From sequence record AP017925.1: a stretch of DNA of 64,000 nt, one strand, 5' to 3'. The notes under the pieces were generated by a model, which had not been told where the DNA came from, searched no databases, and saw only the letters and a program-made list of their open reading frames with translations. This document shows, one piece after another, positions 48,635 to 57,494 of this stretch. A program made the translations under genes and the position numbers. The stretch's first letter is position 1, and each line of letters starts with the position of its first letter.

Positions 48635-49936
48635 TTATCGGAACTCGTGGTCACCGTCGCCGCGCTGACGGCCGGCGCCGAGCTGTGCAGCGCGAATGAA
48701 CAGGTCATTGGCAGCAAGCGATTCGAGGCGGTCCGTGTATTCGCGGGAAGCACGGGCATCCATCTTACCGCGACGGAACATGTCGAGGAACTTTACGACC
48801 ATCGGCGGGCTGAAATCGCCATTGTACTTCTGGACGATCTCGTCAGTCAGCTCAATGCTCTCGACAGCCTCGGCAATCTCTTCCTTCGGCAGCCCGCTTT
48901 GCTTGAGCTTCTCCACAAACTGGTTGCGCATCTTCTTCGCTTCCTGTTTGAAGGTCGTGACATCAAGCTGATTGCCAGCGGCGTGAACGCCGGAGATGGT
49001 GATCAACGCACCCATCAAGAAGATGGGGATGCCAACTTCCGGAGCAATCGGGGCCGACAACAGGCCGAGCAGTGACCAACCGATGCCCAGCAGGATGCCG
49101 TAGCTCTTACTGTCGGATTGGAACTTCGAACGCATCGTGACGATGGCTCGCCCTGCGCCATGACGAGCAGCGAAGATGTCCGCCAGCTCTTCAGCGGTAT
49201 CCATCGAGAAGTAGCGCTTGTTGTCCATCAGACGCGGCTCAACCTGTACTGCAGTCACCAGCACACGGAAAGCTACTTCCGGATCAGTGCCATCTTGTAC
49301 AGCTTCCAGCCAATCGCGGCTCTCGACAGCCATGTCGTCGGCCGCCTTGGTCAGGATCAGCTTGACCTTCTTGTCGGCGTTGGCGTTGGTCAGCTCTTGC
49401 CAAGTACGTTGCAGCACCACGTTCACCACGATACTGTCGGCCAGGAATTGCAGGAAGGTGTAGGCGTGACCCGTTTCATGCAGAATCACCGAAGCGGCTT
49501 CTTCCGGCGTGAAAGTCGAGCCGAGCAAGAACGCCTCACCGATAAACATCCGGAAGGTGATCTCGGAGAAAGCACCGCCAACGCGGGAGTTGGCCGGATC
49601 GATCCAGCCTTTCTTTTCCAGGTTGTAGAAGGAGAGCTTGTCCGCGTCGAAGTTCTTGTCGAGGAACTTGTTGAAGCTCATGCGGTTCAGGACGTTGCCG
49701 CGAGCCAGCCCTGGCACGACAACGAAGGCGTTATCACCTCCCGGCCAGAACTTGGTATTGGTAGTGATGCCGGTGTGGTCGGAAATGCACTTGTCAATCC
49801 GCACACAAAACTTGGACATTGCATCTTCGCCCGAGCTACCGGAGGCCCGCAGGTCTTGGACGAGCAGTGTAAGGTCTTTGAAGAATGCACCGGTCTGGAA
49901 GGCGATGCTTTCGGTTCCGAGATTGAGGAGTTTCAT
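48635..49936 (-). CDS. zincin (M48-like) metallopeptidase-domain virion protein with hydrophobic hairpin
   Basis: ILHETGH (HExxH), EELADIFAARHG, two hydrophobic segments near the C-terminus. Confidence 0.65.
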   Translation of the reverse strand: MKLLNLGTESIAFQTGAFFKDLTLLVQDLRASGSSGEDAMSKFCVRIDKCISDHTGITTNTKFWPGGDNAFVVVPGLARGNVLNRMSFNKFLDKNFDADKLSFYNLEKKGWIDPANSRVGGAFSEITFRMFIGEAFLLGSTFTPEEAASVILHETGHAYTFLQFLADSIVVNVVLQRTWQELTNANADKKVKLILTKAADDMAVESRDWLEAVQDGTDPEVAFRVLVTAVQVEPRLMDNKRYFSMDTAEELADIFAARHGAGRAIVTMRSKFQSDSKSYGILLGIGWSLLGLLSAPIAPEVGIPIFLMGALITISGVHAAGNQLDVTTFKQEAKKMRNQFVEKLKQSGLPKEEIAEAVESIELTDEIVQKYNGDFSPPMVVKFLDMFRRGKMDARASREYTDRLESLAANDLFIRAAQLGAGRQRGDGDHEFR

Positions 49937-50121
49937 AAACTGTCAGCCATGAATTGTTGAAATAGACGCCGGCTACGAAGGTCCTCTGTGTAGAAAAAAC
50001 CTTCGAGTTTCATTCTTTTGAATAGCGGGCATATGGCCTGCGCTAACCATCACAAGAATACCTTACAAACTGCAGCGATTGTCATAGTAAAAGACATGTC
50101 GTTGCAGTATGAGTACACGAC

Positions 50122-52005
50122 ATGTCAACCAAAAAACCTAACTTTTCTCCTGAAGATATCTCCGGTGTCGAGTGTCGTCATGTGGTTTTCATTCCACCCA
50201 TCAAAGATTCGAAGGATGACTATCACCTGATCAAAGAGGTTATCCACCTGAAAGACGGGCAGCGGGTTCCAAATGTTCGCATAGTGCGTAATTACAAGCG
50301 CAAGTTCTGGATCACTAAGGAAGGCTACCGTCGCCATAAGCAAAAGAAAGAATGGGAAGACATCAGCAAGCTGAAAGAGTACGAGTGCACGCAGTCTGAG
50401 TTGGTGGAGAAAGCAGCGAAGGCACTGGGGATGTTCAAGCCTCCTCGCTCTCTCAAACAGCTATCGCGCAGCCCGTACCTTTACGGCTCAGATATCCTGT
50501 CGACCTCAGTGATCAAGCAGGAAGTGTACCGTAACCGCTGGCCAGAACTGAACACTCCATCGTCCAGTGCTGCATCGGATACGGAAACCGATATGGTCCA
50601 GGGCCATGGTCGGATCATCATGCAGACCATCTCGATGAAAGAGAAAGTCTATACGGCTGTAGTGCGTGACTTTCTGAGAGGGGTCGGCGGTACAGATGCT
50701 GACAAGATCAAGCTGTGTCAAGAAGCTCTGATCAAGTACCTAGACATCGATGAACCTGTTCTGAAGAAGGACGGAACGCCGGAGATTGATAAGAAAACCG
50801 GTAAGCCCAAGGTCACCAACGTCTATCGTGATCGGAAACTGGAATGGGAAATTGAGCTGGTTGAGAACGACGGCATGGTCGTTTACAACACGCTCAAGAA
50901 GGCTCATGAATGGCAACCTGACTTTATGACCTTCTGGAACATGGACTTCGACATTAAGAAGATGGAAGAGTCCCTGAAGTTCCACAAGATCCCGCTGGCT
51001 GACGCTTGGTCTGATCCTGCTGTTGCACCGGCTTATCGCTTCTATGAGTACAAGGAAGGTCAGAGCCAGAAAGTCACTGCTTCAGGTAAGGTCACTCCGA
51101 TTGCTCCGCATGCTCGTTGGCATACCGTGATCACTCCGGCATCCTTCTACGTGATGGATGCAATGTGCGCCTACAAGCAGGTGCGTACGGGTAAACAGGA
51201 GGAGCGTGCTTATACTCTTGAGTTCATCCTGAACAAGCACTTGAAGCGTGGTAAGCTCAAGTTCACTGCAGCGGACGGATTGGCTAAGGCGGACTGGCAC
51301 GTCTTCATGCAGAAGAAGCACCCGATCGAGTACATCGTCTACAACGTCTTTGACTGCGTAGGTTTGGAGATGCTCGACGAGAAGACCAAAGACTTGTCCG
51401 TGTCAGTGCCTTCGGGTGCAGCTATGTCGGACTATTCCCGGTTCAACTCGCAGCCTCGTCGAGTGGTGGACAAACTCCACTACTTTGTGCAAGCGCGCGG
51501 CAAGATCATCGGGACTACTTCTGATGAAATGGCTACCGACTTCGATCAGGAGACGATTAGCCTCAAGAACTGGATCGTGATGCTACCAGCGCATTTGGTG
51601 GCGGACAACGGGCTGAAGATCATCAAAGAGTATCCGGATATCTGCAGTAACTTACGATTACACATCGGTGACTTGGACGTGTCTGCATCCTATCCGAATG
51701 GTGAATCGGTCTTCAACATCTCCAAGGAGACGACGAAGAAGGAACTGATCTCGATTGAAGGGGTGTCGGAGAACGTACGACGGATGCAGGGTATCAATCT
51801 GTCTGCTGGCGCGACTAATGCTGTTGAGTTCTGTACGGGTATGTTCCATATGCCGCAGATGACTCAGTGGCTGGAAGCTTACCGTCGCCAGGATGATCTG
51901 GTTCAAGTGGCTATGGATCTCCGTGATTGGGTTGACGATAGTGCAGCAACTGCTGATGCCGTTATCTCGATGCGGGAAGACGAAGACGAGAACGAGTACG
52001 CCTAA
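50122..52005 (+). CDS. split family-B DNA polymerase, exonuclease + motif A subunit (phiKZ gp82-like)
   Basis: ExoI SDTET, ExoII WNMDFD, ExoIII YNVFD, Pol motif A DLDVSASYP; motifs B and C absent. Confidence 0.85.
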   Translation: MSTKKPNFSPEDISGVECRHVVFIPPIKDSKDDYHLIKEVIHLKDGQRVPNVRIVRNYKRKFWITKEGYRRHKQKKEWEDISKLKEYECTQSELVEKAAKALGMFKPPRSLKQLSRSPYLYGSDILSTSVIKQEVYRNRWPELNTPSSSAASDTETDMVQGHGRIIMQTISMKEKVYTAVVRDFLRGVGGTDADKIKLCQEALIKYLDIDEPVLKKDGTPEIDKKTGKPKVTNVYRDRKLEWEIELVENDGMVVYNTLKKAHEWQPDFMTFWNMDFDIKKMEESLKFHKIPLADAWSDPAVAPAYRFYEYKEGQSQKVTASGKVTPIAPHARWHTVITPASFYVMDAMCAYKQVRTGKQEERAYTLEFILNKHLKRGKLKFTAADGLAKADWHVFMQKKHPIEYIVYNVFDCVGLEMLDEKTKDLSVSVPSGAAMSDYSRFNSQPRRVVDKLHYFVQARGKIIGTTSDEMATDFDQETISLKNWIVMLPAHLVADNGLKIIKEYPDICSNLRLHIGDLDVSASYPNGESVFNISKETTKKELISIEGVSENVRRMQGINLSAGATNAVEFCTGMFHMPQMTQWLEAYRRQDDLVQVAMDLRDWVDDSAATADAVISMREDEDENEYA

Positions 52006-52008
52006 TAG

Positions 52009-52050
52009 CAGCATAAAAGAGGAGGGGGCAACCTCTCCTCTTTTTATATC
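52009..52050 (+). terminator. GCATAA-hairpin-U tract
   Basis: AGAGGAGGGG-GCAA-CCTCTCCTCT then TTTTAT. Confidence 0.8.
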
Positions 52051-52076
52051 ATCAACATATTTCTAGAAAGTTAACC

Positions 52077-52574
52077 ATGCGCAACATCATTATCTTTGGT
52101 CACAAACAGCACGGTAAGGATACGGCTTGTGAATATCTGGAAGCAAAGTTTGGTGTGAGCTTTGCTTCATCTTCTCGTTTTGCTCTGGATCTTTTCTTAT
52201 TTGAAAAGATGTGCGATGAGTCGTTTGGTTACGAAACGCCTGAAGAATGTTTCAGTGACCGGGTGAACCATCGTAAATACTGGTATGAGGCAATTCGGGA
52301 TTACAACACTCCGAATAAGACACGACTGGGCGGGAAACTGTTTGCCGAATACGATGTCTACTGCGGCATCCGTGACCTAGAAGAGTTCCGCGCGCTCAAA
52401 GCTGCTGGATTGGTTAATCTAGCTATTTTCATTGATGCCAGCGGTCGTCTGGAAAAGGAAGACTCTGAATCCATGAAACTGGATATCGAAGATGCCGATA
52501 TCGTTATTACCAATAACGGTACGCTGGAACAGTTCTACGAGAAACTGGATAAGCTCTTCACGCAGCTGCTGTGA
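52077..52574 (+). CDS. deoxynucleoside monophosphate kinase-like P-loop protein
   Basis: GHKQHGKDT, CGIRDLEE, DIVITNNGTLEQF. Confidence 0.75.
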   Translation: MRNIIIFGHKQHGKDTACEYLEAKFGVSFASSSRFALDLFLFEKMCDESFGYETPEECFSDRVNHRKYWYEAIRDYNTPNKTRLGGKLFAEYDVYCGIRDLEEFRALKAAGLVNLAIFIDASGRLEKEDSESMKLDIEDADIVITNNGTLEQFYEKLDKLFTQLL

Positions 52575-52582
52575 ACATAAGC

Positions 52583-52624
52583 GACATAACGGAGAGAGGG
52601 GAGACCCTCTCTCCTATTATGCCG
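52583..52624. terminator. bidirectional ACATAA-hairpin-TTATGC element
   Basis: GGAGAGAGGG-GAGA-CCCTCTCTCC between convergent genes. Confidence 0.8.
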
Positions 52625-52632
52625 TTGTTTGT

Positions 52633-52995
52633 TTACGTACGTGCTTCGCCGTGATACGGTTTAGCCAACCCTTGCTCGATCAACTGATCGTTGATGCTCT
52701 TAGCCGTGTTGGGTAGGAAGACAGTCGCCAGATAGCGACCGTACTTCTCTTGTTTGTCCTGCACTGTCTGTACCACGACAGCTGTACCCACAGGCAGTGT
52801 CTTCTCCACCCATGCCTTGGATGTTTTGCCTGCGTCGGTGTTCTTTTCCGGCGCATTAATGCCATCCAGACGGCACCGCATGTTGATACTGATGTCGCAG
52901 CCCAGATCTACTTGCAGATCCACGGTATCGCCGTCCACAACGCCGTTAACCTTGGCATTGCGGACATACGTTTCTTTCGGTTTGGCTTTTGCCAA
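52633..52995 (-). CDS. thermonuclease (SNase-like) family nuclease
   Basis: VVDGDTV, RLDGINAPE, KYGRYLA, NDQLIEQGLA; TTG start after AAGGAG. Confidence 0.92.
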   Translation of the reverse strand: MAKAKPKETYVRNAKVNGVVDGDTVDLQVDLGCDISINMRCRLDGINAPEKNTDAGKTSKAWVEKTLPVGTAVVVQTVQDKQEKYGRYLATVFLPNTAKSINDQLIEQGLAKPYHGEART

Positions 52996-53041
52996 GATAC
53001 TCTCCTTAGATAATACTCATTACGGCATAAAATTCTCATAG

Positions 53042-53080
53042 CAGCATAAAAGTCAGGGATTGCTCCCCGACCTCTATGTG
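53042..53080 (-). terminator. hairpin + TTTTATGCTG
   Basis: GTCGGGGA-GCAA-TCCCTGAC then TTTTATGCTG. Confidence 0.65.
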
Positions 53081-53201
53081 CTTCAGTTCATCAACTCACC
53101 CCGCTCTCAGAACCTCCCCGGCTAAGAGAAGCCCACGAATGTAAACCAGGTGGAGGACATCTTAACGTGGTTGCCGTTTCGCGCGTAGCCGATATACTGA
53201 T

Positions 53202-53229
53202 AGCATAAAAGGCTGGGTTTCCCCAGCCT
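53202..53229 (-). terminator. hairpin + TTTTATGC
   Basis: AGGCTGGG-GAAA-CCCAGCCT then TTTATGC. Confidence 0.75.
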
Positions 53230-53234
53230 CTTAC

Positions 53235-53535
53235 TTTGTGCCCGGACGGTGTTCTCTCCTAAGCGAGGTACTATGCGTCCGCATTCGAATTGTAGAAGAA
53301 AGCACTGTGTCTCCCGACATGAGTGCAGTCTTGTGGTCACTACTGGCCTAGTGCTAAAAATAGAAGTGCTTTTCCGAGGTCTCAATGACTCACGGATGTT
53401 TCGCCAATGCAGTTCGGCCGTGCAGAGTTCTCATGCCCAAGGGCCTGTGCTGTGTCCCCGCGATGGGGTTTAATCAGCCGTGTACGACGTTTGAGAACTG
53501 TGCTTCGTTTCCACATAACATAGGGTGCTACCCTG
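53235..53535. ncRNA. candidate structured non-coding RNA
   Basis: No convincing ORF; nested stems AGTTCTCA/TGAGAACT, GCCC/GGGC, GCTG/CAGC, CCCC/GGGG, AGGGT/ACCCT. Confidence 0.3.
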
Positions 53536-53976
53536 TTATTTTTTACCCTGACTACTCTTGATCTCATTCATCAGCGCTTCGATCTCTTGATTCTGAGCCG
53601 GTGTGCGCTTATCCAGTATCTCCAACATCAAGTCGCAGACATACGTTGGTTGATTAATGAAATCAGTCCAAGACAGGTGGAAGTGCTGCCCGATGCGTGC
53701 ATCGAGATATGCTTCCATACGCTCGCGCAAGCGAGAGGCAACAATCGTGTCTTCGCACCAGTGATGTCTCACCAGCGCGAAGTGATCATTAACCCCTTGG
53801 TGGTTGTAAATCCCATACGCCTGCTCATACCGCTCACGCAAGAGGATCTGCACGTCGGTACTCACGAAGCGCTTGGGCACTTTCGAGATGTCTTCCGTGT
53901 GATCCTCAATGCGAACTCCGTAGCCGAACTTCCAGTCTCCCACATGGGAGACTGAATTGATTTCGGCATCGGTCAT
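53536..53976 (-). CDS. hypothetical protein, possible frameshift extension of the upstream gene (tail/baseplate chaperone-like)
   Basis: In the -1 frame of the upstream ORF; ATG has no SD and lies in an 8-bp stem; FHLSWTDFINQP resembles gpT/gp51-type chaperone tails. Confidence 0.6.
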   Translation of the reverse strand: MTDAEINSVSHVGDWKFGYGVRIEDHTEDISKVPKRFVSTDVQILLRERYEQAYGIYNHQGVNDHFALVRHHWCEDTIVASRLRERMEAYLDARIGQHFHLSWTDFINQPTYVCDLMLEILDKRTPAQNQEIEALMNEIKSSQGKK

Positions 53977-55622
53977 CAGCGGCGGCTGATGATAGCGACG
54001 CGCTGCGCGAGTAGGGTAAAAAAAGTGTTCACCACATCGATCGGGATCAGGTGCGGGAAGCGCGGCAGGCCGATTTCCTTACCGCTGGTTTCCGGGATCG
54101 CAACCAAGGCGCGAGTGCAATCGTCCTTGAATTTGTTGATCTCGGTTTCCAACAGCTTGGTAGCGTCTTCATCGACGGAGAGCACGTCCAGAATGCTTGC
54201 GATGTCATCGCGGTTCGTGTTCTCGGTTTCATCGATGATCACCGACTTGATCCAGGCGCCGTTATTGCGCAGGCGGGAAGCCCGGGCGTGCGTCGAGATC
54301 ATGCGGTTACGCTCTTCCTGGGTCGGTACGGCTTGGGTGAACGTAGAGTCCACCGTGGCCACGATACCGGCAATCCAGTTCTCACCGTCGGCGATGTAGT
54401 TGTCGACGTCGGTCGAAGCAATCAGCACGTCCAGACCTTCACGGATCGTAACGCGACGGCCATCGGCCAGCGACGGAATGAACGTCTGCTGATATTCCTT
54501 CACCATCTCCATGGACATCTTGCCGCGATGACGGTTGGCCATGTGGGCACGATGGCGCGGTTCGAAGCTGGCGTTGTCCACCCACATCAGCTTACCGAGA
54601 GCGATCTTGGCCGAGACGGTTTGGGTGTTCTCGATCCCTTCCTGGGTAGTCAGGGAACGCACGTAGTCGAAACCACGCGGCCAGATCAAACAAGCCAGAC
54701 CCCAGAACAGGATGTTCAGGTCTTGGATCTTGATCAGCGGACGCAGTTCCTGATGGCTGTCCACACGCACCGAGGTCTCGTAGATGTGCTCGAAGCAGAA
54801 GTCGAGCAGCCACGAGTTGATGTAGCTCTGTTCGTTGGAGAACACCAGGCCAAAGGTCTCACGACCCAGCTCGATCTTCTCTTCTTGCAGACGACGCTGC
54901 AATTCAATCAGGCTGCTCTCGGTCGGAGTCTGGAGGGTAATCCAGAAACCGGAGTGCCAGAGCGGAATCGATACGATACCGCCCAGACCCATGATCGAGC
55001 GGACGCGCATGATGCCCTTCTCGCCGGTGTAACCAGCCGCGCCTGCTTCAGCAATCTTCGGCACAGAGAAGCCGAGCTTACCCGATTCCGTTTCGAGGAA
55101 CTGCTTGTAGTCGGAACCATCACGCAGGGTGGTGGATTCGAATCGACCGTCCAGATAAGCACTGCGGCTAGCTGCAGCCACGATACTCTGGTTCCAGTCG
55201 GCGCCAGCGCCGTTCTTGATCGAGTTGGGCGAGACAAAGGCCCGGATGCGCTCGTCAACAGCAGCACCGCGCTCGGCCAGGAAGAACATCACTTCGGAAT
55301 TGCCGTCGAGGTCGTTGCGATCTTTCAGCGCCACCGGTTCCTTGAGGTTGTAATCCATCGTCAGGGTAACGTGCTTGTTATCCGACGGGCCAGTGGTCAT
55401 GCCTTCCCAGGCATCGGTAGGAGTTACCAGGCTGAGACCGCCAGAGGTCTGGCCGACCATAACCGGACGTTCCTTCGGCGCCGCAGCGGCAGGAGTGGGA
55501 GTCGCAGCAGCTTGAGTCAGACTCGGAGCGACTGCTTCGGTAATTACAGGCTCCGGAGAGGCCGGAGCAGAAGAAGTGGCTTGCGCCACCTCCCCTTGTT
55601 CGAGTTGTTGGTTGTCGTTCAT
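53976..55622 (-). CDS. conserved hypothetical protein, possible tail/baseplate assembly chaperone (phiKZ gp77-like position)
   Basis: Start MNDNQQ at 55622; 548 aa; disordered N-terminus; T-TTT-TTT slippery run near the 3' end. Confidence 0.75.
   Translation of the reverse strand: MNDNQQLEQGEVAQATSSAPASPEPVITEAVAPSLTQAAATPTPAAAAPKERPVMVGQTSGGLSLVTPTDAWEGMTTGPSDNKHVTLTMDYNLKEPVALKDRNDLDGNSEVMFFLAERGAAVDERIRAFVSPNSIKNGAGADWNQSIVAAASRSAYLDGRFESTTLRDGSDYKQFLETESGKLGFSVPKIAEAGAAGYTGEKGIMRVRSIMGLGGIVSIPLWHSGFWITLQTPTESSLIELQRRLQEEKIELGRETFGLVFSNEQSYINSWLLDFCFEHIYETSVRVDSHQELRPLIKIQDLNILFWGLACLIWPRGFDYVRSLTTQEGIENTQTVSAKIALGKLMWVDNASFEPRHRAHMANRHRGKMSMEMVKEYQQTFIPSLADGRRVTIREGLDVLIASTDVDNYIADGENWIAGIVATVDSTFTQAVPTQEERNRMISTHARASRLRNNGAWIKSVIIDETENTNRDDIASILDVLSVDEDATKLLETEINKFKDDCTRALVAIPETSGKEIGLPRFPHLIPIDVVNTFFTLLAQRVAIISRR
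54018..54024 (-). promoter_or_regulatory. candidate -1 programmed frameshift site T TTT TTT
   Basis: ACT TTT TTT ACC in frame 0; the -1 frame is open into 53536..53976. Confidence 0.5.
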
Positions 55623-55635
55623 CTTCGGTTTCCGT

Positions 55636-56427
55636 TTACGCGGCGACTTCTTCGGCCTGCGGAGCGGCCTCGGTCGGGGTCTCGACAGCTTCAGCGCCAG
55701 TGACTTCGTGCACAATGGTGCGGATCGAGTTCAGGTTTTCCTGGAGCTTCTGGTTCAGCTCGGCCGCCAGTTCCGGGTTGACGTGCTGCAGTTCGATCAG
55801 CGCTTCTTGCAACTGTTCGGAAGCGTGCACGACCAGCGGCATCAGAGCGCTGTCGTAACGTTCCATGAAGTTCACGTAGTCGGAGAAGATGGCGCAGGAC
55901 TCCATCATCTCCGGCTGGCTCTTCGAGCCGCCTTCCTTGTCCTTGTGACCTTCCTTGATCTTGGCCAACTCTTTGGCCAGCGCCAGCGTGTCGCGATTGA
56001 TGGCGCTGACGTTACGAGCGAGCAGGTTCACGTTACGAACGTGGGAGAGCAGCTCTTGCTCTTTCAGCAGCGGCACCAGCGCCAGCGAGGTGCGCAGCAG
56101 GTCCACGCAGGCCAGATAGATGCCATTGACTTCGTCCCAGGCCTTGTTATCAGAGAAGTATTGGTCAGCGTGCTTCTGCCAGCTACGCTTCTCACCCTTC
56201 TTGGTTTTAGCGTGACCACCCACGGGAGTAGCGACAGCCGCAGCAGCGGCATCGGCCAGCATCTTGCGAGCACGCGGATTCGGTACGGCTTGTGCGGCGG
56301 TCAGCACCTGACCCATCGTGGCCACAGCCGCGACAGCATTCGATTGATGCTGCAGCTCCTTGAGCTGTGCAGCCTTCGTCTTGGGCCACTTGATGCCCGG
56401 ATTCTTCGGTTTGTGTTTCTTAGCCAT
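55636..56427 (-). CDS. conserved hypothetical protein, basic N-terminus, coiled coil
   Basis: 263-aa ORF; position between gp77-like and gp80-like genes. Confidence 0.8.
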   Translation of the reverse strand: MAKKHKPKNPGIKWPKTKAAQLKELQHQSNAVAAVATMGQVLTAAQAVPNPRARKMLADAAAAAVATPVGGHAKTKKGEKRSWQKHADQYFSDNKAWDEVNGIYLACVDLLRTSLALVPLLKEQELLSHVRNVNLLARNVSAINRDTLALAKELAKIKEGHKDKEGGSKSQPEMMESCAIFSDYVNFMERYDSALMPLVVHASEQLQEALIELQHVNPELAAELNQKLQENLNSIRTIVHEVTGAEAVETPTEAAPQAEEVAA

Positions 56428-56606
56428 GATGGTATTTGATAATTCGGGAAGTTGATGGGAACATGTAATGAGGCGAATCTTTTGAAACGTCTTTTGAAGA
56501 CGCCGCCATTACCGCACTACAGAATGTTCAAGGCGAGGTAAATAAATACATGCAAACTATTTACCGTAGTTTTGTGCACCTATACAAAGAGATGAGGATG
56601 TAAGAA

Positions 56607-57485
56607 ATGCTCGCTATCCTGCAAGACCACCTTAGCTTGACAGTGCCGCCTGAATTGCAGGCACTGTACGAGCGTGCCTGCGATATGTTCGATCAATACG
56701 ATCTGGAAGACTACCAGCTCGGTTACGAAGATTTGCTGGTAAGCTCCGACGGCGCAGTCGATCATGCTAGCGTGGCTGATAACGACGCGATCTGGCGCCT
56801 GACTATGCAGTACCTTAAACAGATCACCACCGAACACCAGATCACTCTGAGCGACGACGCTACGATGCTCAACTACATCGTGGTGCTGGAATTCATCAAA
56901 CAAATCGAGCGCACCGAACTGATCCAGGAATGTCTGGATGCACTGTCCTGCGATGACCTCGACAACGTCGACAAGTTCACCCGCTGCATGTTCGACGTCA
57001 GTGGTGTACTGGAAGAAGACAGCATGGTGTTCATGCTGGATATCCCGGATTGCGTGATCGCTACCATGCGCGAATACTTCTCTCGCCGAGTAGAGCTGGA
57101 AGTCGAAACTGAGCGCCTCGATCCTGAGACCAAGGAAGTCTATCGCGAGATGGACAAGTACGCTCGGGTAATCCAAGGTCAAGAGATGCGCAGTTACCGT
57201 TACCTCTTTGAAGATGAAGGGACTATCGGCCTGCCATTCGAACACCATTACCGGGAGAACGAGGACTATCTGCTCCAGCTCCCACTCCAAGCCATGATCT
57301 ACGAATGCATTGGCTATGCACTCGTGTCTGAAGGTGGCGTGGAGAATCCGCAACAGGTCATCATGGACTGTGTGGGTAAAACCATCTCTGATCTGGAACG
57401 TCTCACCACAATCCAGTACGAAATTTCCAAGACCCTGATCGAATACCGGAATGAGGTCGCTTCTGGTATTGGCATCGTCATTTAA
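56607..57485 (+). CDS. conserved acidic hypothetical protein upstream of the RNAP subunit
   Basis: 292 aa; GAGG RBS; co-oriented with the RNAP gene. Confidence 0.8.
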   Translation: MLAILQDHLSLTVPPELQALYERACDMFDQYDLEDYQLGYEDLLVSSDGAVDHASVADNDAIWRLTMQYLKQITTEHQITLSDDATMLNYIVVLEFIKQIERTELIQECLDALSCDDLDNVDKFTRCMFDVSGVLEEDSMVFMLDIPDCVIATMREYFSRRVELEVETERLDPETKEVYREMDKYARVIQGQEMRSYRYLFEDEGTIGLPFEHHYRENEDYLLQLPLQAMIYECIGYALVSEGGVENPQQVIMDCVGKTISDLERLTTIQYEISKTLIEYRNEVASGIGIVI

Positions 57486-57494
57486 AGTCCCGTT

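Noticed and set aside
53235-53535. Group I/II intron or hammerhead ribozyme
   Set aside because: No P7/R-S elements, no complete domain V, no CUGAUGA/GAAA core, and no interrupted gene on either side.
53122-53567. ORFs 53122..53385, 53249..53473 and 53382..53567
   Set aside because: They cross terminator hairpins or overlap a real gene, and lack RBS and recognisable composition.
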